Source: Candidatus Firestoneibacteriota bacterium (GTDB taxonomy: Bacteria; Oederibacteriota; D2-FULL-39-29; JBDRBU01). Taken from it: a stretch of DNA of 26,284 nt. The number at the start of each line of letters is the position of its first letter. Position 1 is the stretch's first letter. The stretch lies in NCBI GenBank assembly GCA_043822305.1, contig JBDRBU010000041.1, positions 1 through 26,284 of the forward strand, written 5' to 3'. A program made the position numbers and the translations under genes. The notes beneath the pieces were generated by a model, which searched no databases, was not told the origin of the DNA, and worked only from the letters and a program-made list of their open reading frames with translations. This document shows, one piece after another, positions 1 through 7,613 of the stretch.

Positions 1-141
1 AAATAGAAATTTATAATAAATTAGGACTAAATTCAAATCCTTTAGATGTTAAAAAGTTTTCAGTGAGATCAAAAACATAGTGATAAAAAGTTGTAACTTC
101 AATGATACCAGAGCTATTTTTTTTAAACTGCGGAAGTTGGG
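1..141 (+). mobile_element. Probable right end of an IS1634-family insertion sequence (transposase C-terminal stub 3..80 plus terminal IR)
   Basis: The + frame from base 3 reads IEIYNKLGLNSNPLDVKKFSVRSKT* (stop at 78-80), resembling the 'EIY..LG...P' tail of IS1634 transposases. AACTGCGGAAGTTGGG ends at 141 and resembles IS1634-type ends. Family call is from recall, not a search. Confidence 0.5.
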
Positions 142-380
142 CCGACATATCTTCTCTTCTCCATAAGAAAATTTAAACCTGATTATTAAAACAATTATTA
201 TTAAATTTATAAAAATTTGTCTGACTAAAACTTGTATTTTTAGTATTATAAAGCATATCTTATTTAAAAGTAATATAATTAAAATTTTTGAAGGACAAGT
301 ATGAAAAAAATAGAAGTAAAAGAAGCAAATATAGAGAAAAGATACGAAGCATTTATAACAGGTCAACCATTATGAATCTC

Positions 381-1007
381 CTACATTTTCATCCAGGAAT
401 TTGTTGAAGGGTCGTTGTACATCTTAAACTGGTAATACATTTTTAGTCTTTTTTTCCCTTTAAGTAAATCATTTATTAATTCATTAAAACAAATTGATAA
501 ATCTTTTTTTTGCTCCAGTAAAACATTTAATTTGCTTTTGCACTTTTCTATATGCTCACTTGGACAATCCAGCCTTTTTGTTTGTTCGGCCATATGATAA
601 ATCTTTAAGGCCAGGATGGAAAGTCTATCGACAATAGCCCCTGGTGTTTCAGAATTTAAAGGTGTTTTCATATGGATCTTAACATTAAACTTTGTTAAGC
701 CATCCAAGATATATTTATCTATTTCTTCTACTTTATTTGCTCTATATTGATTTGTCCCATCAATAGTATGTTTTATACTTGCTATTATGGAAGAAGATAA
801 ACTTTTTGCCCTGGCCTTATCTTCCTCATGCCATAAAAAACAGTTACTAATAACTATATCAGAAATTAATTTATTAAACAGCTCTTTTTCTTTATTTAAA
901 AATCCTAAAGCATAATCTAATGTTTTGATTTTCTTTTCATCCCTGTGCCATCTGGATAAAACTTTATTATAGATTTTAAATAATCCTTCTGAATTAATTA
1001 GTTTCAT
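381..1007 (-). CDS. DUF4254 domain-containing protein
   Basis: 208 aa with motifs LWHEEDKAR, NQYRANKVEEID, PLNSETPGAIVDRLSILALKIYHM and YYQFKMYNDP typical of DUF4254. Confidence 0.85.
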   Translation of the reverse strand: MKLINSEGLFKIYNKVLSRWHRDEKKIKTLDYALGFLNKEKELFNKLISDIVISNCFLWHEEDKARAKSLSSSIIASIKHTIDGTNQYRANKVEEIDKYILDGLTKFNVKIHMKTPLNSETPGAIVDRLSILALKIYHMAEQTKRLDCPSEHIEKCKSKLNVLLEQKKDLSICFNELINDLLKGKKRLKMYYQFKMYNDPSTNSWMKM

Positions 1008-1039
1008 AGTATAATATTACCACAAAAATATTAAAATTT

Positions 1040-3130
1040 CTAATACTTTTTTTCAAACCAGCCATGACCATATGAATAAATTATTTTTGCATTAGAATCC
1101 CTTACATCTTTCCATAATGTCTTTTTTTCTTCTCGGCCATACACTATTTTATCTTTTTGTAAACTGAAAATTTCATCTTTGTAAACTCCAGTAACTGCAT
1201 CATTTGAGATGAATATATTAAAATTATTATCAACTTTAATATTAAGACGACCGAAGGAAGTCCCCGTGGAATAAAAATCTTTTTTTTCATTCATTTTAAG
1301 TTTTTTATCAAATTTTATCTTTGTTAAAAACTCCTCCCAATCAGAAGAGTACAGCAAATAGTTTATTTTATTTATTCCATTTTTATAAAGGGATGGTAAA
1401 ACCATCCTCTCAACTTCATAATCAGAACTTTTACCCAGACAATATATCAGGTTAAATCTATTTTTATAATTTAAAATTTTAACTTTCGCATTTTTAAGGC
1501 TTAGAAAACTTATCTCTACCTTTTCCTTATTGAAAAATATGTTAGGCCAGATTACAACATTTAAGATAAACACACTTATTAGTAAATATTTTGGATATTT
1601 TCCAATTATACTTTTAAAATTAAAAATTAATACTATGACCACATAATATATTAATATAGTAAAAAATGTAGGTGGTTCCATCCTTATTATAGAAAAAGAA
1701 AATTCAGAAAAAAATTTAACTATTTTTAACATAAATGTTAGTGAAAAGAAATTTATAAAACCTATAACCTTTGCTAAAAACAAGCTAAAGAATCCAAAGC
1801 ATACTTGAATAAAACCTAAAACAGTAGAAAGCCAAACAAAAGGAGCAATGAGAAGATTTGCAAAAAAAGATATTATGGAAATATAATAAAAGTAAAACGC
1901 GAGTACGGGCAGGACAAATATCTGGGCAGAAAATGTGACAGAAATTATATCTACAAGTAATCTGGGCAAAAAGTGAAGTATTTTTTCAAATTTCGGAGTT
2001 AAATAAATTATACCAAAAGTTGCAACATATGAAAGCTGAAATCCTATATCAAATAAATCAAAAGGAAAAAATATTAAAACAATTAAAGCAGAAAAACCTA
2101 ATATATTTAAAATATCAGTATCTCTTTCTAAAATCAAGGCCATGAGTATAATGACAGCAATTATAGTTGCTCGAGTAACTGAAGGAGAAGCTCCACTTAT
2201 AAAACAAAATAAAATTACAAAAACAATACTCGAACCTTCACAAATTTTTTTGGGTAATTTAAATAATTTTAATATAAAAAAGAAAGTGACTACAACTAAT
2301 CCGACATTAAATCCAGAGACCGCTAATATGTGAAATGTGCCGGTATCACGGAATTCCCTTTGAATACCAGATGGAAGCGCATCCTCTTCTCCTATTAAAA
2401 CTCCTTGAAGCAGTGCAGATTGCAAACTATCCTTAGGAAAAGAATCTTCTATTATTTTTAACATCTTATGTTTCAATAAAACCGCAGATGAAATAAACAA
2501 ATTCTTAGTTCCCTCTCCTATTTTCTCTATAACATCACCTTCAGCTGGTTTAATACTACCTAGAGCAAATATTTTTTTTCTTTCTAAGTATTTTTTATAA
2601 TTAAATTCTCCAGGATTTTTTGATTCTTTGGGAAAATTTATCCTTGTGCGAATTTTTAATCTATCCCCGTAATTCAGTTCCTCATAATTTATTTCGTTAT
2701 ATAAAACTAATTTAACAAGTCCAGATACTTTTTCTTCCGCTTTTGATGATATAACCTTTTCTAATTTTAAAATTAACTCGGCCGTCTTATTCTCTTTTAC
2801 GATTTTAACATCTTTGACCAATATCCCCACAACAAAAACTTTCCTGCCTTTATATTTTTCTACCTGATATTTTATATGATCTAATGGAAAAGTCTTGGTC
2901 TGAATATTGCAAAGTAAAATAGAAATAAAGAAAGATAAGGTTAACCAGAAAATAAGATTTGGAAGTTTTTTGAAAAGATATAAGGCCATAATAAAAATTA
3001 AAAATAATACAATAAACACATAAGAGATATTTAAAAAAGATGAAATAACTATACCCAGGATATAAAAAATTGCAATAAATATTAAAGGCCTATTTAAAAA
3101 TTGTTTATGGCAAGTTTCATAATATGACAT
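1040..3130 (-). CDS. comEC: ComEC/Rec2 DNA-uptake membrane protein (OB/DUF4131 plus Competence domain; eroded C-terminal metallo-beta-lactamase-like region)
   Basis: 696 aa, many hydrophobic segments, with NPGEFNYKKYL, GTFHILAVSGFNVG, GASPSVTRA and GFQLSYVAT motifs. Exact start is uncertain. Confidence 0.92.
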   Translation of the reverse strand: MSYYETCHKQFLNRPLIFIAIFYILGIVISSFLNISYVFIVLFLIFIMALYLFKKLPNLIFWLTLSFFISILLCNIQTKTFPLDHIKYQVEKYKGRKVFVVGILVKDVKIVKENKTAELILKLEKVISSKAEEKVSGLVKLVLYNEINYEELNYGDRLKIRTRINFPKESKNPGEFNYKKYLERKKIFALGSIKPAEGDVIEKIGEGTKNLFISSAVLLKHKMLKIIEDSFPKDSLQSALLQGVLIGEEDALPSGIQREFRDTGTFHILAVSGFNVGLVVVTFFFILKLFKLPKKICEGSSIVFVILFCFISGASPSVTRATIIAVIILMALILERDTDILNILGFSALIVLIFFPFDLFDIGFQLSYVATFGIIYLTPKFEKILHFLPRLLVDIISVTFSAQIFVLPVLAFYFYYISIISFFANLLIAPFVWLSTVLGFIQVCFGFFSLFLAKVIGFINFFSLTFMLKIVKFFSEFSFSIIRMEPPTFFTILIYYVVIVLIFNFKSIIGKYPKYLLISVFILNVVIWPNIFFNKEKVEISFLSLKNAKVKILNYKNRFNLIYCLGKSSDYEVERMVLPSLYKNGINKINYLLYSSDWEEFLTKIKFDKKLKMNEKKDFYSTGTSFGRLNIKVDNNFNIFISNDAVTGVYKDEIFSLQKDKIVYGREEKKTLWKDVRDSNAKIIYSYGHGWFEKKY
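1246..1269. repeat. 24-bp GC-rich dispersed repeat inside comEC
   Basis: GACGACCGAAGGAAGTCCCCGTGG is the exact reverse complement of 19914-19937. It is read as STGTSFGR in ComEC. Confidence 0.9.
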
Positions 3131-3163
3131 TATAATTCTAATCTCGTATGCTTTATTTTTTCC

Positions 3164-3187
3164 CTCGGGGTCAGGAACGACCCCGAG
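3164..3187. repeat. REP-like palindrome (9-bp stem)
   Basis: CTCGGGGTC-AGGAAC-GACCCCGAG. A related, interrupted copy lies at 14974-15019. Confidence 0.75.
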
Positions 3188-3195
3188 TACCGTCG

Positions 3196-3287
3196 ATAGT
3201 TGCCCGCATTAGGCGGGCAGACTATGACTTTCCATAATGTAAATAACAATGTTAGGAATAGTTGCCCGCATTAGGCGGGCAGACTAT
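3196..3287 (-). repeat. Composite hairpin repeat element: two identical 30-bp bulged hairpins flanking a conserved AT-rich core
   Basis: ATAGTTGCCCGCATTAGGCGGGCAGACTAT at 3196-3225 and 3258-3287. The core TGACTTTCCATAATGTAAATAA (3225-3246) recurs at 21458-21479 and, inverted, at 5608-5627. Confidence 0.85.
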
Positions 3288-4492
3288 GCCCCGTATTTCT
3301 CAAGTTTTCTAGAGTAAGCAAGCATCATCGGTATGGCTTCTATTGAAAAGAATTGTCCTAATCCTCCTTTTTTACAGTTTCTTTCATTAAAGGATTCAAA
3401 TTCATCAGGTATTAAATACTTAGAAATAAGTAAAAATGGATTTGGATGCCAGCTGTGTGATTTCAATAAGGCCGGAGTACAGTGGTCACCGGTTATAACC
3501 ATACAATCAAAATTTAATTTATCTAATCTTGGTATCTGCTTATCAACTTCTTCAATGACCTTTACTTTATTTTCAAAATTCCCGTCTTCTCCATAACTAT
3601 CTGTTTTTTTAATATGAAGATAAAAAAAGTCAAATTTGTTGTGATTTGCCTCTAATGTATCAAATTCGCTTTCTATGGTATCTCCTGTAGATAAAATTTC
3701 CATACCAACAAGTTTTGCCAAACCTTTATACATAGGATAGTTTGCTATACATGCTGGTTTCAATTTAAAGACCTCAATCATAGAAGGGATAGTTGGATAT
3801 TTTGCTATACCTCTTAAAAGTAAAGTATTTGCCTTTGGTTCATCTTTTAAAACTTTATTTATTTCAATGATAAGTTTATTCAGTACTTCAGCACTCTTTT
3901 TTGCACTTTCTTTTAATGCCTTAACTGGATGTGGAGATAACCCTTCTTTCTGCGGGTCTGTTTCAGTCAAACTATCATCAAGTCCCACTCCCTCTAATAT
4001 AACTACAAATCTATGCTCTCGACCACTTTTTATAATGACATTAATATCGTCTATTTTTTTTATAGAAGACTGCAATTTATTAGTTAATTCAATATTCTTT
4101 TCTGTTGGAATTCTCCCTGCTCGTCTATCAGTAATAATACCGCTTTTATCCATTGTGGCAAAATTTGCTCTTGCAGCTAAATGTTTTTCTGTCATTGGAA
4201 AATCTATGCCTAATGCTTCTAATACACCTCTACCTATTTGATATTTTATTGGGTCATACCCGAACAAGGCTAAATGAGATGGCCCACTACCTGGAGTTAT
4301 TCCTCTGGCAATGGGATGCGACAATCCTAACATTCCTCTTTTGGCTAAATCATCAATATTTGGCTTTCTCGCTGTTTCTAATTCTGTTTTACCCGGAGGT
4401 GGATAAGGTAAACCTCCGACACCATCTATGACCAAAAGCAAAATCTTTGAATCAGTCTTTATTGAAAGTGATTTTATCATATTTAAATCCAT
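3284..4492 (-). CDS. apgM: 2,3-bisphosphoglycerate-independent phosphoglycerate mutase (ApgM type)
   Basis: 402 aa with LLVIDGVGG, TPGSGPSHLALFGYDP, GRGVLEALG, DRRAGRI, HIKKTDSYGEDG and ITGDHCTP...HSWHP. Confidence 0.93.
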   Translation of the reverse strand: MDLNMIKSLSIKTDSKILLLVIDGVGGLPYPPPGKTELETARKPNIDDLAKRGMLGLSHPIARGITPGSGPSHLALFGYDPIKYQIGRGVLEALGIDFPMTEKHLAARANFATMDKSGIITDRRAGRIPTEKNIELTNKLQSSIKKIDDINVIIKSGREHRFVVILEGVGLDDSLTETDPQKEGLSPHPVKALKESAKKSAEVLNKLIIEINKVLKDEPKANTLLLRGIAKYPTIPSMIEVFKLKPACIANYPMYKGLAKLVGMEILSTGDTIESEFDTLEANHNKFDFFYLHIKKTDSYGEDGNFENKVKVIEEVDKQIPRLDKLNFDCMVITGDHCTPALLKSHSWHPNPFLLISKYLIPDEFESFNERNCKKGGLGQFFSIEAIPMMLAYSRKLEKYGA

Positions 4493-4508
4493 TTTTACAA
4501 ACTCCTCC

Positions 4509-5462
4509 TTATCTGTTTTTTATAAGCATATCTATTCTGTAATTCTCTATTGTATCTTCATAACCAATATATTTTATGCGGTCTTCAGGAAGTATTAATG
4601 AATCTGTTAAATACTTGGCAACTACTTTTGATTGTTCTGTGGCCATAGTGGAATTTTCCCCATATACTTCTACTTTTATAGATAAATTAAAATTCTCTTT
4701 AAGTATATCTAACGATTCTTTTAACAAAACAATATTTTCGTCAATTAATTTAGTTTTTTCTTTCTCAACATTAAACAATTTTTTTCTGGTTATACTTATA
4801 AATAGCCCATTTTCTTCCTGGTGAATCAAAGAATGAATAACAAATGGCGCACCGATTAAGGTTCTAGGATTCCCGGCTTCATCTGTAAAATTAACCAAAT
4901 AAGAATATGCATTACCAACTTTTACAACTTTGTCTTCCTGATTTCTCCCACTCCATTCAATTGATGAAGGAGGAACACCCTTACCTTCAAACTTTTTAAA
5001 AACTTTGCCTTTTGAATCTGTAACAATTAGTTCCCATGCTGCTACTTTAATGCCTAATACATTTAAAGAAAAATTGGCTATTGGCTCTTTTATCATGGCT
5101 ATTAAATAAGGATTTGCGGTTCCACCTGTCATTAAGAATTTCGGGACAGATTCCTGTAAATTAACAAGATTTGGACTTTTTTCCAAAAACTTTCTTTCAG
5201 TTTCTATAGTCGGCAGTACTATTTCGTTTAAATCCATTTTTAATTCTAAATACGGTTTTTCACTCTTTACTTTTAACTTATCCTCACCTGTAATTGTTAT
5301 ATCCTCTAACTTACCCGATTCAGATGGCTTAGAAAATGGTTTCTCTGATGTGGTTTGCGGTTGTGGAAGTTGTATCTGCTGGGCCTGGATGCAGGTTAAA
5401 GATAAAACAAATAAAAGCACAGGAGTCAGACCTTGACCTTTGACACTTCTAGGCTTTAACAT
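4509..5462 (-). CDS. Exported protein with FlgD-type Ig domain and degenerate OmpA/MotB-like C-terminal domain (317 aa)
   Basis: Start moved to the ATG at 5462, which follows AAGGAG (5471-5476). Signal-like VLLFVLSLTCIQA. WELIVTDSKGKVFKKFEGKGVPPSSIEWSGRN is FlgD-Ig-like. The C-terminus VAKYL...RIKYIGY...NYRIDMLI is OmpA-like. Confidence 0.65.
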   Translation of the reverse strand: MLKPRSVKGQGLTPVLLFVLSLTCIQAQQIQLPQPQTTSEKPFSKPSESGKLEDITITGEDKLKVKSEKPYLELKMDLNEIVLPTIETERKFLEKSPNLVNLQESVPKFLMTGGTANPYLIAMIKEPIANFSLNVLGIKVAAWELIVTDSKGKVFKKFEGKGVPPSSIEWSGRNQEDKVVKVGNAYSYLVNFTDEAGNPRTLIGAPFVIHSLIHQEENGLFISITRKKLFNVEKEKTKLIDENIVLLKESLDILKENFNLSIKVEVYGENSTMATEQSKVVAKYLTDSLILPEDRIKYIGYEDTIENYRIDMLIKNR

Positions 5463-5535
5463 ATTTTTTTCTCCTTTTATTTTTAATTTATATTCCTCGC
5501 TTATGGTCTGGTCAATAAAATTGACCAACCATTCC

Positions 5536-5627
5536 TACTCTGATTGCTTTGCAATCAAGTATTCCTAATATATTGATTTTACATTAAAGTAAGTCATAAC
5601 ATTATTCATTTACATTATGGGAAGTCA
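5536..5627 (+). repeat. Inverted copy of the composite hairpin element
   Basis: TACTC-TGATTGC-TTT-GCAATCA-AGTAT-TCCTAA followed by ATTTACATTATGGGAAGTCA (5608-5627). Same architecture as the minus strand of 3225-3287 and 21458-21556. Confidence 0.8.
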
Positions 5628-6944
5628 TTGTAATTTAAATCTGAATGTTATTATTCCCCACTGGTCCTCTTGTAAGACATTTTTCAGCAGTGGTTCAAAC
5701 TGCCATTGTTTTAGTACGGTCATAACAAGTTTATCAAGTTCAGTATATCCAGAAGTTGTCTCGATAGTCATCTCATCCCTAACAAATCCATCACGCGAAA
5801 CTAAAAATCTTATTGAAACATCTGCTTCTATTCCTTTTTCTTTCATCCATTCAGGATACTTTGGCATATAAAAAGCTATTCTTCCCCTATCCTTTAATGG
5901 GCCTGACAATTCAAACACAGGTTTCTTTACATTTTCCATGGCAACTTTTTCTGTTGATTGTGATTCAGATGTCTTTTTAATAACAAAAGCATCTTTCCTC
6001 TCCATCTTTTTTAAGGTTTCATCTTTATCAATATTAATTCCTCCACCTCCTTCACTATAACCAATCTTTGGTTTTTCTCCACCACCTCCAGCACCACTTG
6101 AAGCAACACGAGTTGGAACCTTCTCTACTAATTTTTCTTCTAAGGCCAGGAGCTCTCTTATTTTTTTTCTTTCTTCTTTTGTCCCCATTATCTCTTTTAT
6201 TTTAACATCAGACGGGGCTTTACTATTTAATTTTATTCCTAAATCATCTCCGGCAAACCCTGCTTTCTTTTGTTCTTTAATCGGCTCTTTCCTCTCAATT
6301 AACAAATCCTGTGGGGTTAAATTTTTTATCGTTTCGTTTTCAATCTTTTCACGCTCTCTATCACTTAAAACATCTTTAACTTTCATCTCTCTTTTTAAAC
6401 CTACCTCATTTTCAAATTGAAGAGGACTTCCGCTTTCTCTTTGTAATTCTCCCTTGTCAACAATTTGTCTTTCCTGTTCTATTAATTCTTTTATTTTATT
6501 TGCATCTCCCTTGGTTAATTTCATTAGATCTGCTAATTTTTGATCTTTTTCTTTATTTAACTCTTCAAACTTTAATGCATCCTGTTTTCTTCTTAAGGGA
6601 TCCTCCTTTTCCACAAGTTTTCTTTCTATATCCATTGCTTTTTCTAATTCTTTTTTTACAACTTCTATAGGTTTTTCTTCTTTTTTTACCACAGGAAAAT
6701 CCGGCTTTTTAAAAGTAGGCAGTGCCATCTTTACAAACTCCCAAATATTTTTTGGTTTCTCGGCTGGCGGACCAGGAGGTGTACCTGGCATAACCGGCTC
6801 AATAAAATTTATATTGGCAATGACCTTCAGTTCCTTTCTGTGCTTAATAGTAAAAAATCCAAACAATCCTAAGATCATAACATGAAATATAAAAGATATA
6901 AGGAATGATGCCATAATTCTTCTATCTTCGTAGAAGATATTCAC
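5625..6944 (-). CDS. tonB: TonB family energy transducer with long charged linker (439 aa)
   Basis: Start moved to the GTG at 6944 behind AAGGAG. N-terminal TM helix with S-x3-H (ISFIFHVMILG). C-terminal TonB_C: PKYPEWMKEKGIEADVSIRFLVSRDG...SGYTELD...WQFEP...FRFKL. Confidence 0.85.
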   Translation of the reverse strand: MNIFYEDRRIMASFLISFIFHVMILGLFGFFTIKHRKELKVIANINFIEPVMPGTPPGPPAEKPKNIWEFVKMALPTFKKPDFPVVKKEEKPIEVVKKELEKAMDIERKLVEKEDPLRRKQDALKFEELNKEKDQKLADLMKLTKGDANKIKELIEQERQIVDKGELQRESGSPLQFENEVGLKREMKVKDVLSDREREKIENETIKNLTPQDLLIERKEPIKEQKKAGFAGDDLGIKLNSKAPSDVKIKEIMGTKEERKKIRELLALEEKLVEKVPTRVASSGAGGGGEKPKIGYSEGGGGINIDKDETLKKMERKDAFVIKKTSESQSTEKVAMENVKKPVFELSGPLKDRGRIAFYMPKYPEWMKEKGIEADVSIRFLVSRDGFVRDEMTIETTSGYTELDKLVMTVLKQWQFEPLLKNVLQEDQWGIITFRFKLQ

Positions 6945-6948
6945 AAAC

Positions 6949-7362
6949 TTATCTCCTTTTTTGTTCAGTAGCAATAGTAATCTTTTTTGCTCCTGCTTTT
7001 TTGGATATACTCATTGCTTCTTCAATTGTCCCATACAAAGCATTTTGGTCTGCTCTTATTATCACAAATCTATCTTTACTTCCCTTTATTTTTGTAAGCA
7101 ACCTCTCGGCCACTACCTCTTTAGATGGTAAAGTTTCTTCATTAAGTGCCCATTCGTTTTTCTCACTAATTGTTATAGTAATATTTTCTTTTTCTTCTCC
7201 TTCTAATGTTGTTGCTTTTGGAAGTATTACTTTAAGTATTGGCTGTATCATTAAAGGTGCGGTTACCATAAATATAATAACCAGCACTAAACATACATCA
7301 ACTAATGGAGTAACGTTTATTCCTGTTATTATTTCTTCTTCGGAACTAACTGACATGGCCAT
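6949..7362 (-). CDS. exbD: ExbD/TolR biopolymer transport protein
   Basis: 137 aa with [22 protein letters not shown] and VIIRADQNALYG. AAGGAG RBS upstream. Confidence 0.92.
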   Translation of the reverse strand: MAMSVSSEEEIITGINVTPLVDVCLVLVIIFMVTAPLMIQPILKVILPKATTLEGEEKENITITISEKNEWALNEETLPSKEVVAERLLTKIKGSKDRFVIIRADQNALYGTIEEAMSISKKAGAKKITIATEQKRR

Positions 7363-7426
7363 AATTTTCTCCTTAAATATTCACTCAACCCCGTTACTTT
7401 ATATTTTAGCAATTCCTGCTTGTCAA

Positions 7427-7610
7427 GTAGGGCACCCCTTAGGGTTGCGTTTTTTTTCGCAAGGCTATACCCCTACGGGTATAACAATTATTGTTTACAC
7501 TAATGTTAGTTAAAGCCTTGCCCTACTCCATTCACCATAACGGTATTCAGTAAGGATTTACAGCAAACCTAAAGGTTTGCCCTACTGTAGTCTATTGTCT
7601 ACAGTCTATC
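7427..7610. repeat. Cluster of GTAG-type REP-like palindromes with a nested insertion and short heptamer repeats
   Basis: GTAGGGCACCCCTTAGGGTTGC (7427-7448); GCAAGGCTA...TAAAGCCTTGCCCTAC (7459-7526, interrupted); GCAAACCTAAAGGTTTGCCCTAC (7563-7585); then AGTCTAT-TGTCTAC-AGTCTAT. Confidence 0.75.
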
Positions 7611-7613
7611 CTT

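Noticed and set aside
49..366. 105-aa minus-strand ORF
   Set aside because: TTG start, low-complexity F/I/L/K composition typical of AT-rich non-coding DNA, no recognisable motif, and it crosses the putative IS boundary.
3196..3288. Mini-CRISPR appearance: two identical palindromic ~30-bp repeats separated by ~31 bp
   Set aside because: Only two repeats and no cas genes. The apparent spacer is itself a conserved sequence recurring at 21458 and 5608, so this is a dispersed repeat element.
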